Shown here: in pieces, positions 8,792 to 20,546 of the stretch
Layout of the letters: the number at the start of each line of letters is the position of its first letter
Numbering within the stretch: the stretch's first letter is position 1
NCBI GenBank assembly: GCA_963775425.1
Contig: CAVZJB010000011.1
Location: forward strand, 1,024,001-1,088,000
Source: an uncultured delta proteobacterium
Lineage (GTDB): Bacteria; Myxococcota; UBA727; VGSZ01
Length of the DNA stretch: 64,000 bases
Reading direction: 5' to 3'
Position numbers and translations under genes: made by a program
The notes under the pieces: model-generated
The model's database searches: none
The model's input: only the letters and a program-made list of their open reading frames with translations
What the model was told of the DNA's origin: nothing

Positions 8792-10438
8792 ATGAACCGC
8801 ATCGCCGTCGTCGTCGGCCTCGCTCTCGCTCCGCTGTCGTCATGCGACTGCCTCGGGCCGGCGGCGGCTCCGCCGCCCCCGACGCCGCCCGCGGTGAACA
8901 CCAATCCGCTCACCACGGCGCTGCCCAGTGAGGCGCGGCGGCTGTCGCAGGCGGAGATCGATCGCACGCTGCGTGACGTGTTGAAGGAGCCGTCGCAGGC
9001 GGGGTCGCGGCTGCTCGACACCGACAAATTCACGCCCTACGACAACGACTACACCGTGCAGCAGACGTCGGCGGCGCTCGTCGACTCGCTCGAGGCGCTC
9101 TCCGTCGACGTCGCCCAGCGCACGCTCGCCAACCCCGATTCGCGCGCGGCGGTCATCCCGTGCACGCCGGTGGCGCCCGACGACGCCGACTGCTTCCGCC
9201 AGGTGGTCACCACCGTCGGCAAGCGCATGCTGCGCCGCCCGCTCGACGCCGACGAGGTGGAGACGTACATGCCGCTGCTCGCGTACGCCACCGAGGAGAG
9301 CCCGTACTACGAGACCGGGTTCGACACGGCCGTCGAGGTCCTCCTGCGCGCGTTCCTCATGGACCCCGAGTTCCTCTACCGCATCGAGGCCGGCGTCCCC
9401 ACCGGCGAGGAGGGCGTGGTGCGCCTCACGCCGTACGAGATCGCGACGCGCATGAGCTACACGCTGTGGGGCTCGGCCCCGGACGACGCCCTGCTCGCCG
9501 AGGCCGACGCGGGCCGCCTCGACGACGCCGACGCGCGCAAGGCGTCCGCCGAGCGCATGTTGCAGGACGACAAGGCCAAGGAGCAGATGGAGCGCTTCCA
9601 CGCCATGTGGCTCGGCTACCGCGCCATCCCCACGCCGCCGGACCTCGCATCGCGCTTCGCGCAGGAGACCAACGCGCTGATCGACCGCGTCGTCTTCGAC
9701 GACAAGCGCGACTACCTCGACCTCTTCACGCTCGAGGAGACCTTCGTCGACGACACGCTCGCCGACCACTACGGCCTGCCGCACCCCGCGACGTCGCCGG
9801 AGCCGGGCTGGGTGAGCCTCGAGGGCACGCAGCGCGCCGGCATCCTGTCGCAGGGCGCGGTGCTCGCGAGCTTCTCCAAGTTCGCCGACACGAGCCCCAC
9901 GCAGCGCGGGATCCTCGTGCGCAACCGCCTGCTCTGCAAAAACATCGATCCGCCCCCGCCGGGCGTGAACGTCGATCAGCCGCCGCCGCCGGACGGCGAC
10001 GTCGTGTGCAAGGTCGATCGCTACAAGACGCACACGTCGTCACCGTCGTGCAACGCCTGCCACAGCCAGATGGATCCCATCGGCTTCGGCCTCGAGAACT
10101 ACGACATCGAGGGCCGCTTCCGCGAGCACGACGACGACAACCCCGACTGCGCCATCGACGGCGTCGGCGAGCTCCCCGGCTACGGGCAGTTCTCCGGGCC
10201 CAAGGAGCTCGCGCACCTGCTCGTGGACAACTCGCTCGTGGGCCCGTGCTTCGTGAAGCAGCTCACCTCGTACGAGGCCGGCCGCCCGCTCACGGACGAC
10301 GAGCAGAAGGTCGTCAACGCCTGGAACGACGACTTCGACGCCGCAGGACACAAGCTCGATCAATTGCTCGTCGATCAGATCGGCGGGGAGCAGTTCGCCA
10401 CCAAGAGAGAGCCCGCCGACGAGGGAGGTGCGCCATGA
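8792..10438 (+). CDS. DUF1592/DUF1588/DUF1595/DUF1585-family lipoprotein with CxxCH motif
   Basis: RRLSQAEIDRTL, FLYRIE, YEIATRMSY.LW.SAPD, RAGILSQG, TSPTQRG, SCNACHSQMDPIGFGLENYD; GAGGAGG RBS. Confidence 0.85.
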   Translation: MNRIAVVVGLALAPLSSCDCLGPAAAPPPPTPPAVNTNPLTTALPSEARRLSQAEIDRTLRDVLKEPSQAGSRLLDTDKFTPYDNDYTVQQTSAALVDSLEALSVDVAQRTLANPDSRAAVIPCTPVAPDDADCFRQVVTTVGKRMLRRPLDADEVETYMPLLAYATEESPYYETGFDTAVEVLLRAFLMDPEFLYRIEAGVPTGEEGVVRLTPYEIATRMSYTLWGSAPDDALLAEADAGRLDDADARKASAERMLQDDKAKEQMERFHAMWLGYRAIPTPPDLASRFAQETNALIDRVVFDDKRDYLDLFTLEETFVDDTLADHYGLPHPATSPEPGWVSLEGTQRAGILSQGAVLASFSKFADTSPTQRGILVRNRLLCKNIDPPPPGVNVDQPPPPDGDVVCKVDRYKTHTSSPSCNACHSQMDPIGFGLENYDIEGRFREHDDDNPDCAIDGVGELPGYGQFSGPKELAHLLVDNSLVGPCFVKQLTSYEAGRPLTDDEQKVVNAWNDDFDAAGHKLDQLLVDQIGGEQFATKREPADEGGAP

Positions 10439-12104
10439 AGTCCCTGAAGCTTCGCCGTCGCACGTTCCTGCGGGGCGCCCTCGGCGCCGCCGTCGGCCTC
10501 CCCGTCCTCGAGTGCATGCTCGACGGAAACGGCAACCTCCTCGACCGCGCCCTCGGCGGCAAGGCGCGCGCGCAGTCCACCGGGATCCCGCGGCGCTACG
10601 GCATCGTGTTCGCCGGACAGGCCATCGGCGCCGACGGCACGCAGCGCAACAAGCAGCGCCTGAACGGCACCATCACCACCGAGGACGGGCACTTCATCGT
10701 CCCCGGCTCCACCGACGCAAACGGCGACTTCATCGCCGACACCAGCGGCTCGCTCGCGCCGGGCGGCGCGGTGCCCACGCCGCTGTTGCCGCTGCAGGCG
10801 GCGGGGCTCCTGGGCGACGTGTCGCTCGTCTCCGGGCTCGCCATCCCCTGGGTGCGCGGCGGCACCTTTGCCTCGGACGGCAGCGACGTGCCGCCCGGCG
10901 GCGCGTTCCGCGACTTCCACGGCGGCGGCGCGAGCCCGCTGTTGTCCGGCGTGCGTTCGCGCTCGTCGTCGTTCACGGCGCAAGGCGCGACGTCCGATCA
11001 GATCGTGGCGGCGCTGTCGGCGGCGGAGACGCCCACGTTCCCGAACGGCCTGGTGCTGCGAGCGCAGCCGAGCTTCTACCTGTCGGGCTTCGACTTCGCC
11101 GGCCGCGAGTTCATCTCGTACACGAGCGCGGGCAACGGCGGGCGCATCGCGGCGCAGACCAACCCGCGGGTGGCGTGGAATTCGCTGTTCTCCGGCTTCG
11201 TCCCCGACGACGCCGCGGCGGCGGCCATCCAGGACTTCACGCAGCGCAAGCGCATCAGCGTGCTCGACCTCGTCACCGCCAAGCGCGAGCGCATCCTGTC
11301 CAAGGTGGGCGCGGCCGACAAGATCCGGCTCGGCGCGCACTTCGATCAACTGCGCGCGCTCGAGCAGCGCATCCAGGCCATCCCGCCGCCGACGACGGGG
11401 ACGTGTCAGCCGCTGCCGGACCCCGGCGATCCGCCGGGCGTCGGCGGCGACAACAACGGCAGCGGCTTCGACCCCAACGACCCCACCAACCAGATCGGGC
11501 AGAACACCGGGTTCTCGGGCGAGGACGTGCGCACGCAGGTGATGGTGGACCTCATCCACATGGCCTTCGTCTGCGACCTCACGCGCACGGCCACGCTGCA
11601 GATCACCGCGTTCCAGTCGCACATGAACGTGCGCGCCATCGTGCCGACCGTGCAATCGCTCATCGGCCGCAGCGACGTCGACATCCGCGCCGACATCCAC
11701 GAAAACGGCCACAACGGCGACCCGGACAACAAGGGGCAGCTCCACGTGAGCGGCGTGCTCGCTTGGCACCTGTCGTTCTACGCGCGGCTGCTGCAGAAGC
11801 TGAAGGACACACCGGAGGGGGCGGGCAACGTGCTCGACAACACGTGCCTCGTGTTCATGCCCGAGGCCGGTCACGGCACGCAGCTCAACGACGACACCTC
11901 ACCGTTCGCCACGCACTCCGTCGAGGACATGGTGCTCCTCGTCGGCGGCCGCGCCGGCGGGCTCGCGCCGGGGCGCCACATCAGCACGCTGGGCGCGGCG
12001 ACGCCGGTGCACCCGGCGCAGGTGCTGCTCGCCTGCATGCAGTCCGCAGGGTTCACCGGTGACACCTTCGGCGAGGTGAGCGGCGCCTTCGGCGGTGTGT
12101 TCGG

Positions 12105-12108
<4 letters not shown>
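10435..12108 (+). CDS. DUF1552-family protein with Tat-type leader
   Basis: LRRRTFLRG..VGLPVLECML leader, SVLDLV, LIHMAFVCDLTR, EGAGNVLDN. It is the usual partner of the DUF1592 gene, with an ATGA overlap. Confidence 0.85.
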
Positions 12109-13527
<1,419 letters not shown>

Positions 13528-13621
13528 CGGCGGCTGCTCCGGCGGCTCGACGAAGAACGTGCCGTCGGAGGCGACCGGGCCGCTGTTGGTGGGCACCGCG
13601 CGCGCGGGCCGGTGACCTGCA

Positions 13622-13856
13622 GTGGTAGCGCCCCGCACGCGGCCGCACCCCGCGCCCAAGGCGCTCTACTTCACCGTGCGCGACCTCGACGCCGTGCACG
13701 CGCGCGCGGCCGCCCTCGGCTGCCGCTCCAACGTGGAGGTCCACGGCGTGCGCGGCGGCGACCTCACCGTGCGGGGGCGAGCGCTCCTTCTACGTCGACG
13801 ATCCGTGCAACGACCAGCTCTGCTTCGTGGAAGAGGGCACCATCTACCCGGGCTGA
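13622..13856 (+). pseudogene. VOC/glyoxalase-family remnant (C-terminal half only, frameshifted)
   Basis: ALYFTVRDLDAVHARAAALG...LTVR, frame change, GERSFYVDDP..QLCFVEEGTIYPG*. The expected PW of RPWGERSFY and the N-terminal half are missing. Confidence 0.65.
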
Positions 13857-14593
13857 GACGGCGCGGGCTCCTCGGTGCGCGGCCCGGCGTTGCGCGCGCG
13901 ACGGACGAGGACCGCCAACACCCACACGACCAGGCAGACGAGGTTCACCGCGCCGAGGAGCCGCGGGTGTCCGGCGCCGGCGGCGACGGCGACGCGGTAC
14001 AGGCCCGTCGAGAGCAGGCCGAGGTTGCCGAGCGTGGCCGACGCCCACGCGCCCGCGGTGGTGCGGATGCCGTCGTCGTCGACGGCGTGGGGGACGCCGA
14101 AGAAGCGAGGCACCGCCGCCGCGTACCGGTCCCAGGGCTCGCCGAGCTCCTCGCGGAGCGCGCCCTCCTCGTAAGCCGCCACGGCGACGAAGCTCGCGGT
14201 GAAGGCGACGACGAGCACGGCGGCGACGACGGGTGCGAGGTAGGGGACGACGGCGGCGGCGTAGAACAGCGACGCCCCGACGTAGAGCGGGTGGCGCATC
14301 AAGCGGAACGGGCCGCCGGTGACCACGCGCTTGCTGGCGCCCTGGCCGTAGACCACGCTGCCGAGCCGCGCCTCGCCCGAGGCGCGAAACAGGAACGCCA
14401 CCAGCGAGACCACGCCCGTGGCGAGGAACACGGGCTTGATGCCAAGGAGCACGTCGGTGGACGCGAGCACCCGATGCTCCGCGCCGAGCTGGGGGTGGCG
14501 CAGCATGAAGAGCGCGACGGCCACCGCGGCGCCGAAGAAGCCCACGATGACCGCGAGCCGGTAGCGGAACAGGGCGGCGCCGAGGCCGTTCAT
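13844..14593 (-). CDS. Isoprenylcysteine carboxyl methyltransferase/PEMT-family membrane protein
   Basis: VVTGGPFRLMRHPLYVG, EEGALREELGEPWDRYAAAVPRF; several TM segments. Confidence 0.8.
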   Translation of the reverse strand: MNGLGAALFRYRLAVIVGFFGAAVAVALFMLRHPQLGAEHRVLASTDVLLGIKPVFLATGVVSLVAFLFRASGEARLGSVVYGQGASKRVVTGGPFRLMRHPLYVGASLFYAAAVVPYLAPVVAAVLVVAFTASFVAVAAYEEGALREELGEPWDRYAAAVPRFFGVPHAVDDDGIRTTAGAWASATLGNLGLLSTGLYRVAVAAGAGHPRLLGAVNLVCLVVWVLAVLVRRARNAGPRTEEPAPSQPG

Positions 14594-16116
14594 GACGCCC
14601 CCGCGAGGGATCCGCTGCGCAACGCCTCGCGCGTGCGCGAAGCGACGATGAGGCCGATGGGGCCGAGCACGACGAGCACGCTGACGAGCGTGAGGTACGC
14701 GGCCGGCGCGTGCACGATCGGTGCGAGCAGCACGGGAACGCCGCAGCCGACGACGCCGACGGCGAGGAAGGCGGCGGTGGCCACGAGGTCCATCCCCTGG
14801 ATGCGCACGCCGTGCTTGCGCAGGCCGTGGCCCATCACGAGGGCGCCGACGAGCGCTCCCCCGGAGTTTCCGATCATGAAGCCCACGACGGGGCCGTAGT
14901 GCTCACCGGCGAAGGGGAGCTGTGCGCCGAAGTGGAAGCCGACCGCGGTGAAGGCGACGGTGGCGGCGACGCGCACGAAGTTGGAGATGGCGAGCGGCGC
15001 GCTGTCGCCGAGGGCCATCAGCGCGCGCGCCGAAGACTCCTGGAGGAACATGCACCACGAGGTGACGACGAGGAACTGCACCATCCAACCGGCGTCGACG
15101 TAGACGTCGCGGTACAGGAGCTGGAAGAACGCGGGCGCGGTCATGGCGGCGCCGAGGAAGAGCACGGCGGCCGCGGGCAGGAGGATGGCGCGCGCGTGGC
15201 GCAGGTCGGCGGCGAAGCGCGCGGGCGACTCGCGGAAGCGCTCGGACAGCGCGGGCAGGAGCACGGAGTAGGTGACGCGCTCGCCCATCTGCGACGGCAC
15301 CTGCACGATCATCTGGGCGAGGCCGTAGATGCCGATGACGCCCATGCCCTCGAGGCGGCCGAGGGCGAAGACGTCGTAGCGGGTGCCGATGAAGAAGAAG
15401 ATGGTGGAGAAGAACACCCAGCGGCCGAAGGTGAAGATCTCGACGGCCGCGGTCTTGTCCCAACGCAGGCGGTTGAGCGGGCCCGGGAGGAAGAAGTGCG
15501 TCATGCCGCAGCGGACGGCGGCGCTCATGACGGAGGCGACGACGAGGGCGACCGCGGAGTGGGTGAGGAAGCCGACGGGGACGGACACGCACAGGCCGAC
15601 GACCTGGGTGGTGAGGTCCATGGCCACGATGCGGCCGACGTCGAGGTGACGGCTGGCCTGCGCGCTCTTGGTGGACTCGAGGCCGTTGAAGAGCGCCTGC
15701 GAGGCGCACAGCGGCAGGAGCCACAGCAGCTCCGAGCGGCCGTAGAAGATGGACGCGGGCCAGGCGACGCCGCACGCGACGGCGAAGAGGACGAAGCCGC
15801 GGCCGACGTGGAGCGTCCACGCCGTGTCGAGGAATTGCCGGTCGTCGCCGCGGGGGCTGCGGACGATGGCCTGCCAGACGCCCACGTCGGACACGAGCGT
15901 GAGCCCGGTGGTGACGGCGACGACGATGGCCATGAGGCCGAACGCGTCGGGGTCGAGCAGGCGCGTGAGGATGAGGTTCGACGCGAGCCGCAGCACCTGC
16001 GACACGAGCTGCCCGCCGAGGGAGAACGCGGTGCCCTTGGCCGCCCGCGAACCGAGCGCGCCCTTCTTGGCGGGTCCGGCGGGTCCGGCGGCGCCGGCCC
16101 CGGGCGCGCCGTTCAC
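14590..16116 (-). CDS. Wzx-like oligosaccharide flippase
   Basis: QVLRLASNLILTRLLDPDAFGLMA, SDVG, LDTAWTL, FGRWVF; about 12 TMs; GTG start inferred. Confidence 0.85.
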   Translation of the reverse strand: MNGAPGAGAAGPAGPAKKGALGSRAAKGTAFSLGGQLVSQVLRLASNLILTRLLDPDAFGLMAIVVAVTTGLTLVSDVGVWQAIVRSPRGDDRQFLDTAWTLHVGRGFVLFAVACGVAWPASIFYGRSELLWLLPLCASQALFNGLESTKSAQASRHLDVGRIVAMDLTTQVVGLCVSVPVGFLTHSAVALVVASVMSAAVRCGMTHFFLPGPLNRLRWDKTAAVEIFTFGRWVFFSTIFFFIGTRYDVFALGRLEGMGVIGIYGLAQMIVQVPSQMGERVTYSVLLPALSERFRESPARFAADLRHARAILLPAAAVLFLGAAMTAPAFFQLLYRDVYVDAGWMVQFLVVTSWCMFLQESSARALMALGDSAPLAISNFVRVAATVAFTAVGFHFGAQLPFAGEHYGPVVGFMIGNSGGALVGALVMGHGLRKHGVRIQGMDLVATAAFLAVGVVGCGVPVLLAPIVHAPAAYLTLVSVLVVLGPIGLIVASRTREALRSGSLAGAS

Positions 16117-17306
16117 GGATGCCCCTCGCCCGCCGCCGCGTCGACGGCGCCCGCCGGCGTGTTCCCCGGCGACGGCGGCGCGAGCCCGGTCGTCAGCGGG
16201 CCCGGGAAGCCCTCGACGACCGCGTGGTGCGCCTCGTGGCCGTTGCCGTCGACGTCGATGTCGAGCGGATCGACGTCCACCCACGCGGCGCCGTCGTGCA
16301 CCTGCGCCCACGTGCGCGCCGCACCGGCCGTGAGCCCGTCCCCGGCGACGCCGGACACCACGCGCGCCGGGTGGCCGAGCGCGCGCATGCACGCGACGAC
16401 GAGGGCGGCGCCGCCCTGGTCGTACGCCCCGACCTTCACGGTCCACAAGGCCGACGGCGGCCCCGCCCCGCGTTCGGCGGCGAGCCTGGGCTTTACCGCG
16501 AGCGCGACGGCTCGCGCGGCGTCGAGCACGGGCGCGTCCACGCCCGCCTGCAGCTTGCACCAACGCACCACGCTCCTCGTCGACGACTCGATGAACGGCG
16601 CGCGCGCCGTGTCGCGCGGCTGCACCGGGTCCGCCGCCGTCACGAGCACGGCCCCCGCGGGCGGCGCGCCCGCGGTGAGCGCGTTCGACGCACCGGGGGC
16701 GCCGGCGTCCCGCTCGGCGCGGCCGCCGACGGCGCCGTCGACGACGAGCGGCCGCCCGGCCGGGTCGGTGAGCGCGCCGCCCGCGGTGACGCGCGCCGGG
16801 ATGAACACGGCGTCCTCGAGGTCCACGAGCGTGACGTCGCGCGCGCGTGTGGGATGGAGGTGATGCAGCACGTCGAGGACGACCACGGACTTGTCCGGCA
16901 GCACCAGCGTCTCGTCGTCGCCGCGCGAGAACATCACGATCTTGCCCTGGTTTTCGCCGCCCTTGTCCCAGCGGCGCAGCTCCACGTAGCGTTTGCCCGA
17001 CGGGCCTTCGCGCCGGTAGCTGGCCGAGAGCACGAAGCCCTCGGCGTCGAGCTCCGCGAGCGACATCGCCGCGTCCTTCACGCCCACGATCTTGTGGAAG
17101 CGCTGCACGAGCTCGCCGCCCTCGGCGTTCTTGCGGAACACCTCGTGGACGTCGTCGGCCTCCTTGCCGTCGACGAAGACGACACGGTCGCGCTCCTCGA
17201 TCTTCTCGGTGTGACACGCCGGCAACAGCGCCATCACGAGCGCCGCCGAGAGCGGCGCGCACCGAAGCGCGACCGGAGGGAGCGGGCGCTTGCGGATTGC
17301 GTTCAA
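16113..17306 (-). CDS. Transglutaminase-like domain lipoprotein (catalytic Cys/His apparently substituted)
   Basis: LLPAC lipobox; RALGHPARVVSG...TWAQV..WVDVDP. Start uncertain (TTG 17306 overlapping the cysE stop, or ATG 17234). Confidence 0.65.
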   Translation of the reverse strand: MNAIRKRPLPPVALRCAPLSAALVMALLPACHTEKIEERDRVVFVDGKEADDVHEVFRKNAEGGELVQRFHKIVGVKDAAMSLAELDAEGFVLSASYRREGPSGKRYVELRRWDKGGENQGKIVMFSRGDDETLVLPDKSVVVLDVLHHLHPTRARDVTLVDLEDAVFIPARVTAGGALTDPAGRPLVVDGAVGGRAERDAGAPGASNALTAGAPPAGAVLVTAADPVQPRDTARAPFIESSTRSVVRWCKLQAGVDAPVLDAARAVALAVKPRLAAERGAGPPSALWTVKVGAYDQGGAALVVACMRALGHPARVVSGVAGDGLTAGAARTWAQVHDGAAWVDVDPLDIDVDGNGHEAHHAVVEGFPGPLTTGLAPPSPGNTPAGAVDAAAGEGHP

Positions 17307-18151
17307 GGCTTCACCCGGTCTGCTTTGGAGCCCACCTTCACCACGCTCTCGTGCTCCACCACCGAGTGGGGCGGCACGCTGTGCACCAGCCACACGTTGC
17401 CTCCGACGATGCTGTGGTGCCCCACCACCGTCTCGCCTCCGAGGATGGTAGCGCCTGCGTAGATGGTGACGTGGTCCTCGATGGTCGGGTGTCGCTTTTG
17501 ATCCTGCAGCCGCCGCGTGACGCTCAACGCGCCGAGCGACACACCCTGGTAGATCTTCACATGGTCGCCGATGACCGTGGTCTCACCGATGACCACCCCG
17601 GTGCCGTGGTCGATGTAGAAGCTCTTGCCGATGGTGGCGCCCGGGTGGATGTCGATGCCGGTGCGGCCGTGGACGTCCTCGCTCATCATGCGCGCGAGCA
17701 GGCGCACGTCGTGCTTCCAGAACCAGTGCGCCACGCGGTGCACGGCGATGGCTCGCGCGCCCGGGTAGGCCAGGATGATCTCTTCCTTGGTGCGCGCGGC
17801 GGGGTCCCCGTCGAGGAGCGCCTGGATGTCGAGCACGAGCTCCGCGCGCAGCTCGGGGAGCTGCTCGAGGAAGGCGATGGCGATGGCGCTCGGGTCGGGG
17901 GCGCCCCCCAGGCGCACCTGCTCCGTGAGCGCCTGCGCCACCCGCACCACGCGGCTGCCGGTGACGAAGTCGATGTTCTCCTCGGTCAGGTGCGCGTCGC
18001 GGATGAAACCCGGGAAGCAGAGCTCCTCGATCTCGAGCAGGATCTCCGCCACCTGCGCCCGCGACGGCAGCGACACGCCGCCGACGTGGTTCACGCCGCC
18101 CTCGCGATAGCTCTCGACGATGCGCGCCGTGATGTCCTTGAAGGAGCTCAC
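17303..18151 (-). CDS. cysE: Serine O-acetyltransferase
   Basis: GDPAA, AYPG, TGIDIHPGATIG..FYIDHGTGVVIGET, KRHPTIED; coupled to cysteine synthase. Confidence 0.9.
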   Translation of the reverse strand: MSSFKDITARIVESYREGGVNHVGGVSLPSRAQVAEILLEIEELCFPGFIRDAHLTEENIDFVTGSRVVRVAQALTEQVRLGGAPDPSAIAIAFLEQLPELRAELVLDIQALLDGDPAARTKEEIILAYPGARAIAVHRVAHWFWKHDVRLLARMMSEDVHGRTGIDIHPGATIGKSFYIDHGTGVVIGETTVIGDHVKIYQGVSLGALSVTRRLQDQKRHPTIEDHVTIYAGATILGGETVVGHHSIVGGNVWLVHSVPPHSVVEHESVVKVGSKADRVKP

Positions 18152-19146
18152 GCGATGAAGTCCAGGGTCTCGGCGCCCTTGGGCCGGACCTTCTGCGTGC
18201 GCAGCCACTCGTCGTTGAACAGGCGCGACTGATAGCGCGAGCCGCCGTCGCACAGCACGGTGACGACGGTGGAGCCCTTGCCGAGCTTGCGCGCGAGCTT
18301 CACGGCGCCGACGCAGTTGATGCCGGCGGTGCCGCCGACGAAGAGGCCGTCCTTGCGCAGGAGCCAATGCACCATCTCGGCAGCCTCGACGTCGGTGCCG
18401 CGGAAGGCGCCGTCGAGCTTGGCCCTCTTGAAGTTGGCGGTGATGCGGCGGATGCCGATGCCCTCGAGAAACGAGCTGCCCTCCGCGTCCAGGGTGCCCG
18501 CGGTGACGTGCGAATACAGCGACGAGCCGCCGCAATCGACGACGTAACACTGCACCTTCTCGCTCCGGCTCTTCAGATAGGAAGTGACACCACCGATGGT
18601 GCCGCCGGTTCCCGACGCGCAGATGAAGCCGTCGATCTTGCCGTCCGTCTGGGCCCAGATCTCGGGGCCGGTGCCCTGGAAGTGGGCGTCGGCGTTGTCG
18701 GTGTTCTCGAACTGGTTGGCCCAGAAGCCGCCGAGCTCCTCCGCGCGCCCGCGGGCGCGGTGGTAGTAGTTGTTGGCGTCGGCGAACGGCGCCGGCGCCA
18801 CCAACTCCACCTCGGCGCCGAGCGCGCGCAGGAGCGACACCTTCTCGTCGCTCTGGTTGTTGGGCATCACGATGACGCAGCGGTAGCCGCGGGCGCGCGC
18901 CATCAAGGCGAGGCCGATGCCGGTGTTGCCGGCGGTGCCTTCGACGATGGTGCCGCCGGGCGCGAGCTTCCCGCTCTTCTCCGCGCCTTCGACCATGAAC
19001 CTGGCCGCGCGATCCTTGATGCTGCCGCCGGGGTTCAGGTGCTCCGCCTTGGCGAGGATGGCGCAGCCGGTCTCCTTCGACAGGCTCGGGATCTCGACGA
19101 GCGATGTGTTGCCGACGCTGCCCGGAAAGCCATGCGCGATGTTCAT
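18148..19146 (-). CDS. cysK: Cysteine synthase (PLP-dependent)
   Basis: KAEHLNPGGSIKDRAA, EGTAGNTGIG, GTGGT, EGIG. Confidence 0.9.
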   Translation of the reverse strand: MNIAHGFPGSVGNTSLVEIPSLSKETGCAILAKAEHLNPGGSIKDRAARFMVEGAEKSGKLAPGGTIVEGTAGNTGIGLALMARARGYRCVIVMPNNQSDEKVSLLRALGAEVELVAPAPFADANNYYHRARGRAEELGGFWANQFENTDNADAHFQGTGPEIWAQTDGKIDGFICASGTGGTIGGVTSYLKSRSEKVQCYVVDCGGSSLYSHVTAGTLDAEGSSFLEGIGIRRITANFKRAKLDGAFRGTDVEAAEMVHWLLRKDGLFVGGTAGINCVGAVKLARKLGKGSTVVTVLCDGGSRYQSRLFNDEWLRTQKVRPKGAETLDFIA

Positions 19147-19153
19147 GTGACCG

Positions 19154-20020
19154 TCATAGCGCTTTGGTCTCCGCGAGCAACGACCGGTACGCGGCGTAGC
19201 GCTCCGCGGGCACGCGTCCCTCGTCGACTGCGCGGCGGACGGCACAACCAGGCTCTTCCTCGTGCAGGCAGTCGCGGAAGCGGCAGCCCTCGACGACGGG
19301 GGCGAAGCCGGGGAAGTACGCGGCGAGGTCGAGCGGCTCGATATCGACGAGGCCGTACTCGCGCACACCCGGCGTGTCCACGATCTCGCCCCCGCCATCG
19401 AGGCGCACGAGCGTCGACGCGGTCGTGGTGTGGCGGCCGGCGCCGGTGGCCGACGACAAATCACGCGTCGGAAGTCCGAGCGAAGGCACCAGCGAATTCA
19501 ACAGCGAGCTCTTCCCGACGCCGGACGGCCCGACGAACGCCCCGCGCCCGTGCTCGGCGAGGAACGCGCGCACGGCGTCCACGCCCTGTCCCGTCCTCGC
19601 GCTCACGAGGAACACCGGGAGCTCACCGGCCGCGCGCGCGGTGAGCGCGTCGCCGACGCCGGAGGCGTCCTCGAGGTCGATCTTGTTGATCACGAGCGCG
19701 GGCCGTACGCCCGCGGCGCGCGCCGCGACGCTCGCGCGATCGACGAGGCCGGCCTTGGCCGGCGGATCGAGCGCGGCCACCACGAGGAGGACGTCGAGGT
19801 TGGCGGCGACCACGTGCACGCCTCCCCCGGGGGAGCGACGGCGCAGCTCCGTGCGGCGCGGCACGAGCACGGGGGCGCGGTCGGCGCCCTCTGCGAGCTG
19901 CACTTCGTCGCCCACCACGAGCCCGCTCTTGCGTGGAACACGAACGCGCCGGCGCTCTCCGGAGCGCAGCTCGATCTCCACGGCGACGCCGAGGTGGGTG
20001 ACGATGGTTCCTTCAAGCAT
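19154..20020 (-). CDS. rsgA: Ribosome small subunit-dependent GTPase A
   Basis: Circularly permuted NKID, GPSGVGKSS, GRHTT, DTPG; C-terminal CRFRDCLHEEEPGC. Confidence 0.95.
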   Translation of the reverse strand: MLEGTIVTHLGVAVEIELRSGERRRVRVPRKSGLVVGDEVQLAEGADRAPVLVPRRTELRRRSPGGGVHVVAANLDVLLVVAALDPPAKAGLVDRASVAARAAGVRPALVINKIDLEDASGVGDALTARAAGELPVFLVSARTGQGVDAVRAFLAEHGRGAFVGPSGVGKSSLLNSLVPSLGLPTRDLSSATGAGRHTTTASTLVRLDGGGEIVDTPGVREYGLVDIEPLDLAAYFPGFAPVVEGCRFRDCLHEEEPGCAVRRAVDEGRVPAERYAAYRSLLAETKAL

Positions 20021-20179
20021 CCGTAATCTCTTGCGAATCGAAGCGGACGGCGCGCGCGGGAAAAAGGGGGGATTGCGTAGGGAGCTCCGCTTCACCGCGT
20101 CCGGACGCGAGTTTTCGGCTTGACGGCGAGGGCTGTTCGCGCCAAATGGGCGCACCTCTCAAGCGACCGGAGCCCTGCG

Positions 20180-20452
20180 ATGACCAAGAACGACCTTGTG
20201 GATCTCATCTGCCAGAAGAACGATCAGCTCACGAAGAAGGCGGGCGGCGAGATCCTCGACGCCATCTTCGACACCCTCGCCACGACCATCAAGAAGGACG
20301 AGAAGTTCACGTACCCGGGCTTCGGCACGTTCGTGGTCCGCAAGCGCAAGGCCCGCGACGGCATCGACCCGCGCACGCGCGAGAAGATCAAGATCCCGGC
20401 CTCCAAGACGGTGGGCTTCAAGCCCGCCAAGGCCTTCAAAGAGACGCTCTGA
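20180..20452 (+). CDS. hup: HU-family DNA-binding protein
   Basis: MTKNDLVD, GFGTF, RKARDGIDPRT.E.IKIPA..GFKPAKAFK. Confidence 0.95.
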   Translation: MTKNDLVDLICQKNDQLTKKAGGEILDAIFDTLATTIKKDEKFTYPGFGTFVVRKRKARDGIDPRTREKIKIPASKTVGFKPAKAFKETL

Positions 20453-20495
20453 ACGAGCGGTAGAACGAGCGACACATCACGAGCCCATTGTGGGG

Positions 20496-20527
20496 GAAGC
20501 GAGCGGCCTTTCGGGGCCGCTCGCTTC
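20496..20527 (+). terminator. Hairpin terminator downstream of HU
   Basis: 13-bp stem GAAGCGAGCGGCC/GGCCGCTCGCTTC with a TTCG loop; weak U tail. Confidence 0.65.
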
Positions 20528-20546
20528 GTCTGTAGCATGTGCGCCG

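Noticed and set aside
20120-20148. Sigma-70 promoter for HU (TTGACG ... CCAAAT)
   Set aside because: The -35 is good but the -10 is poor; not supportable without TSS data.
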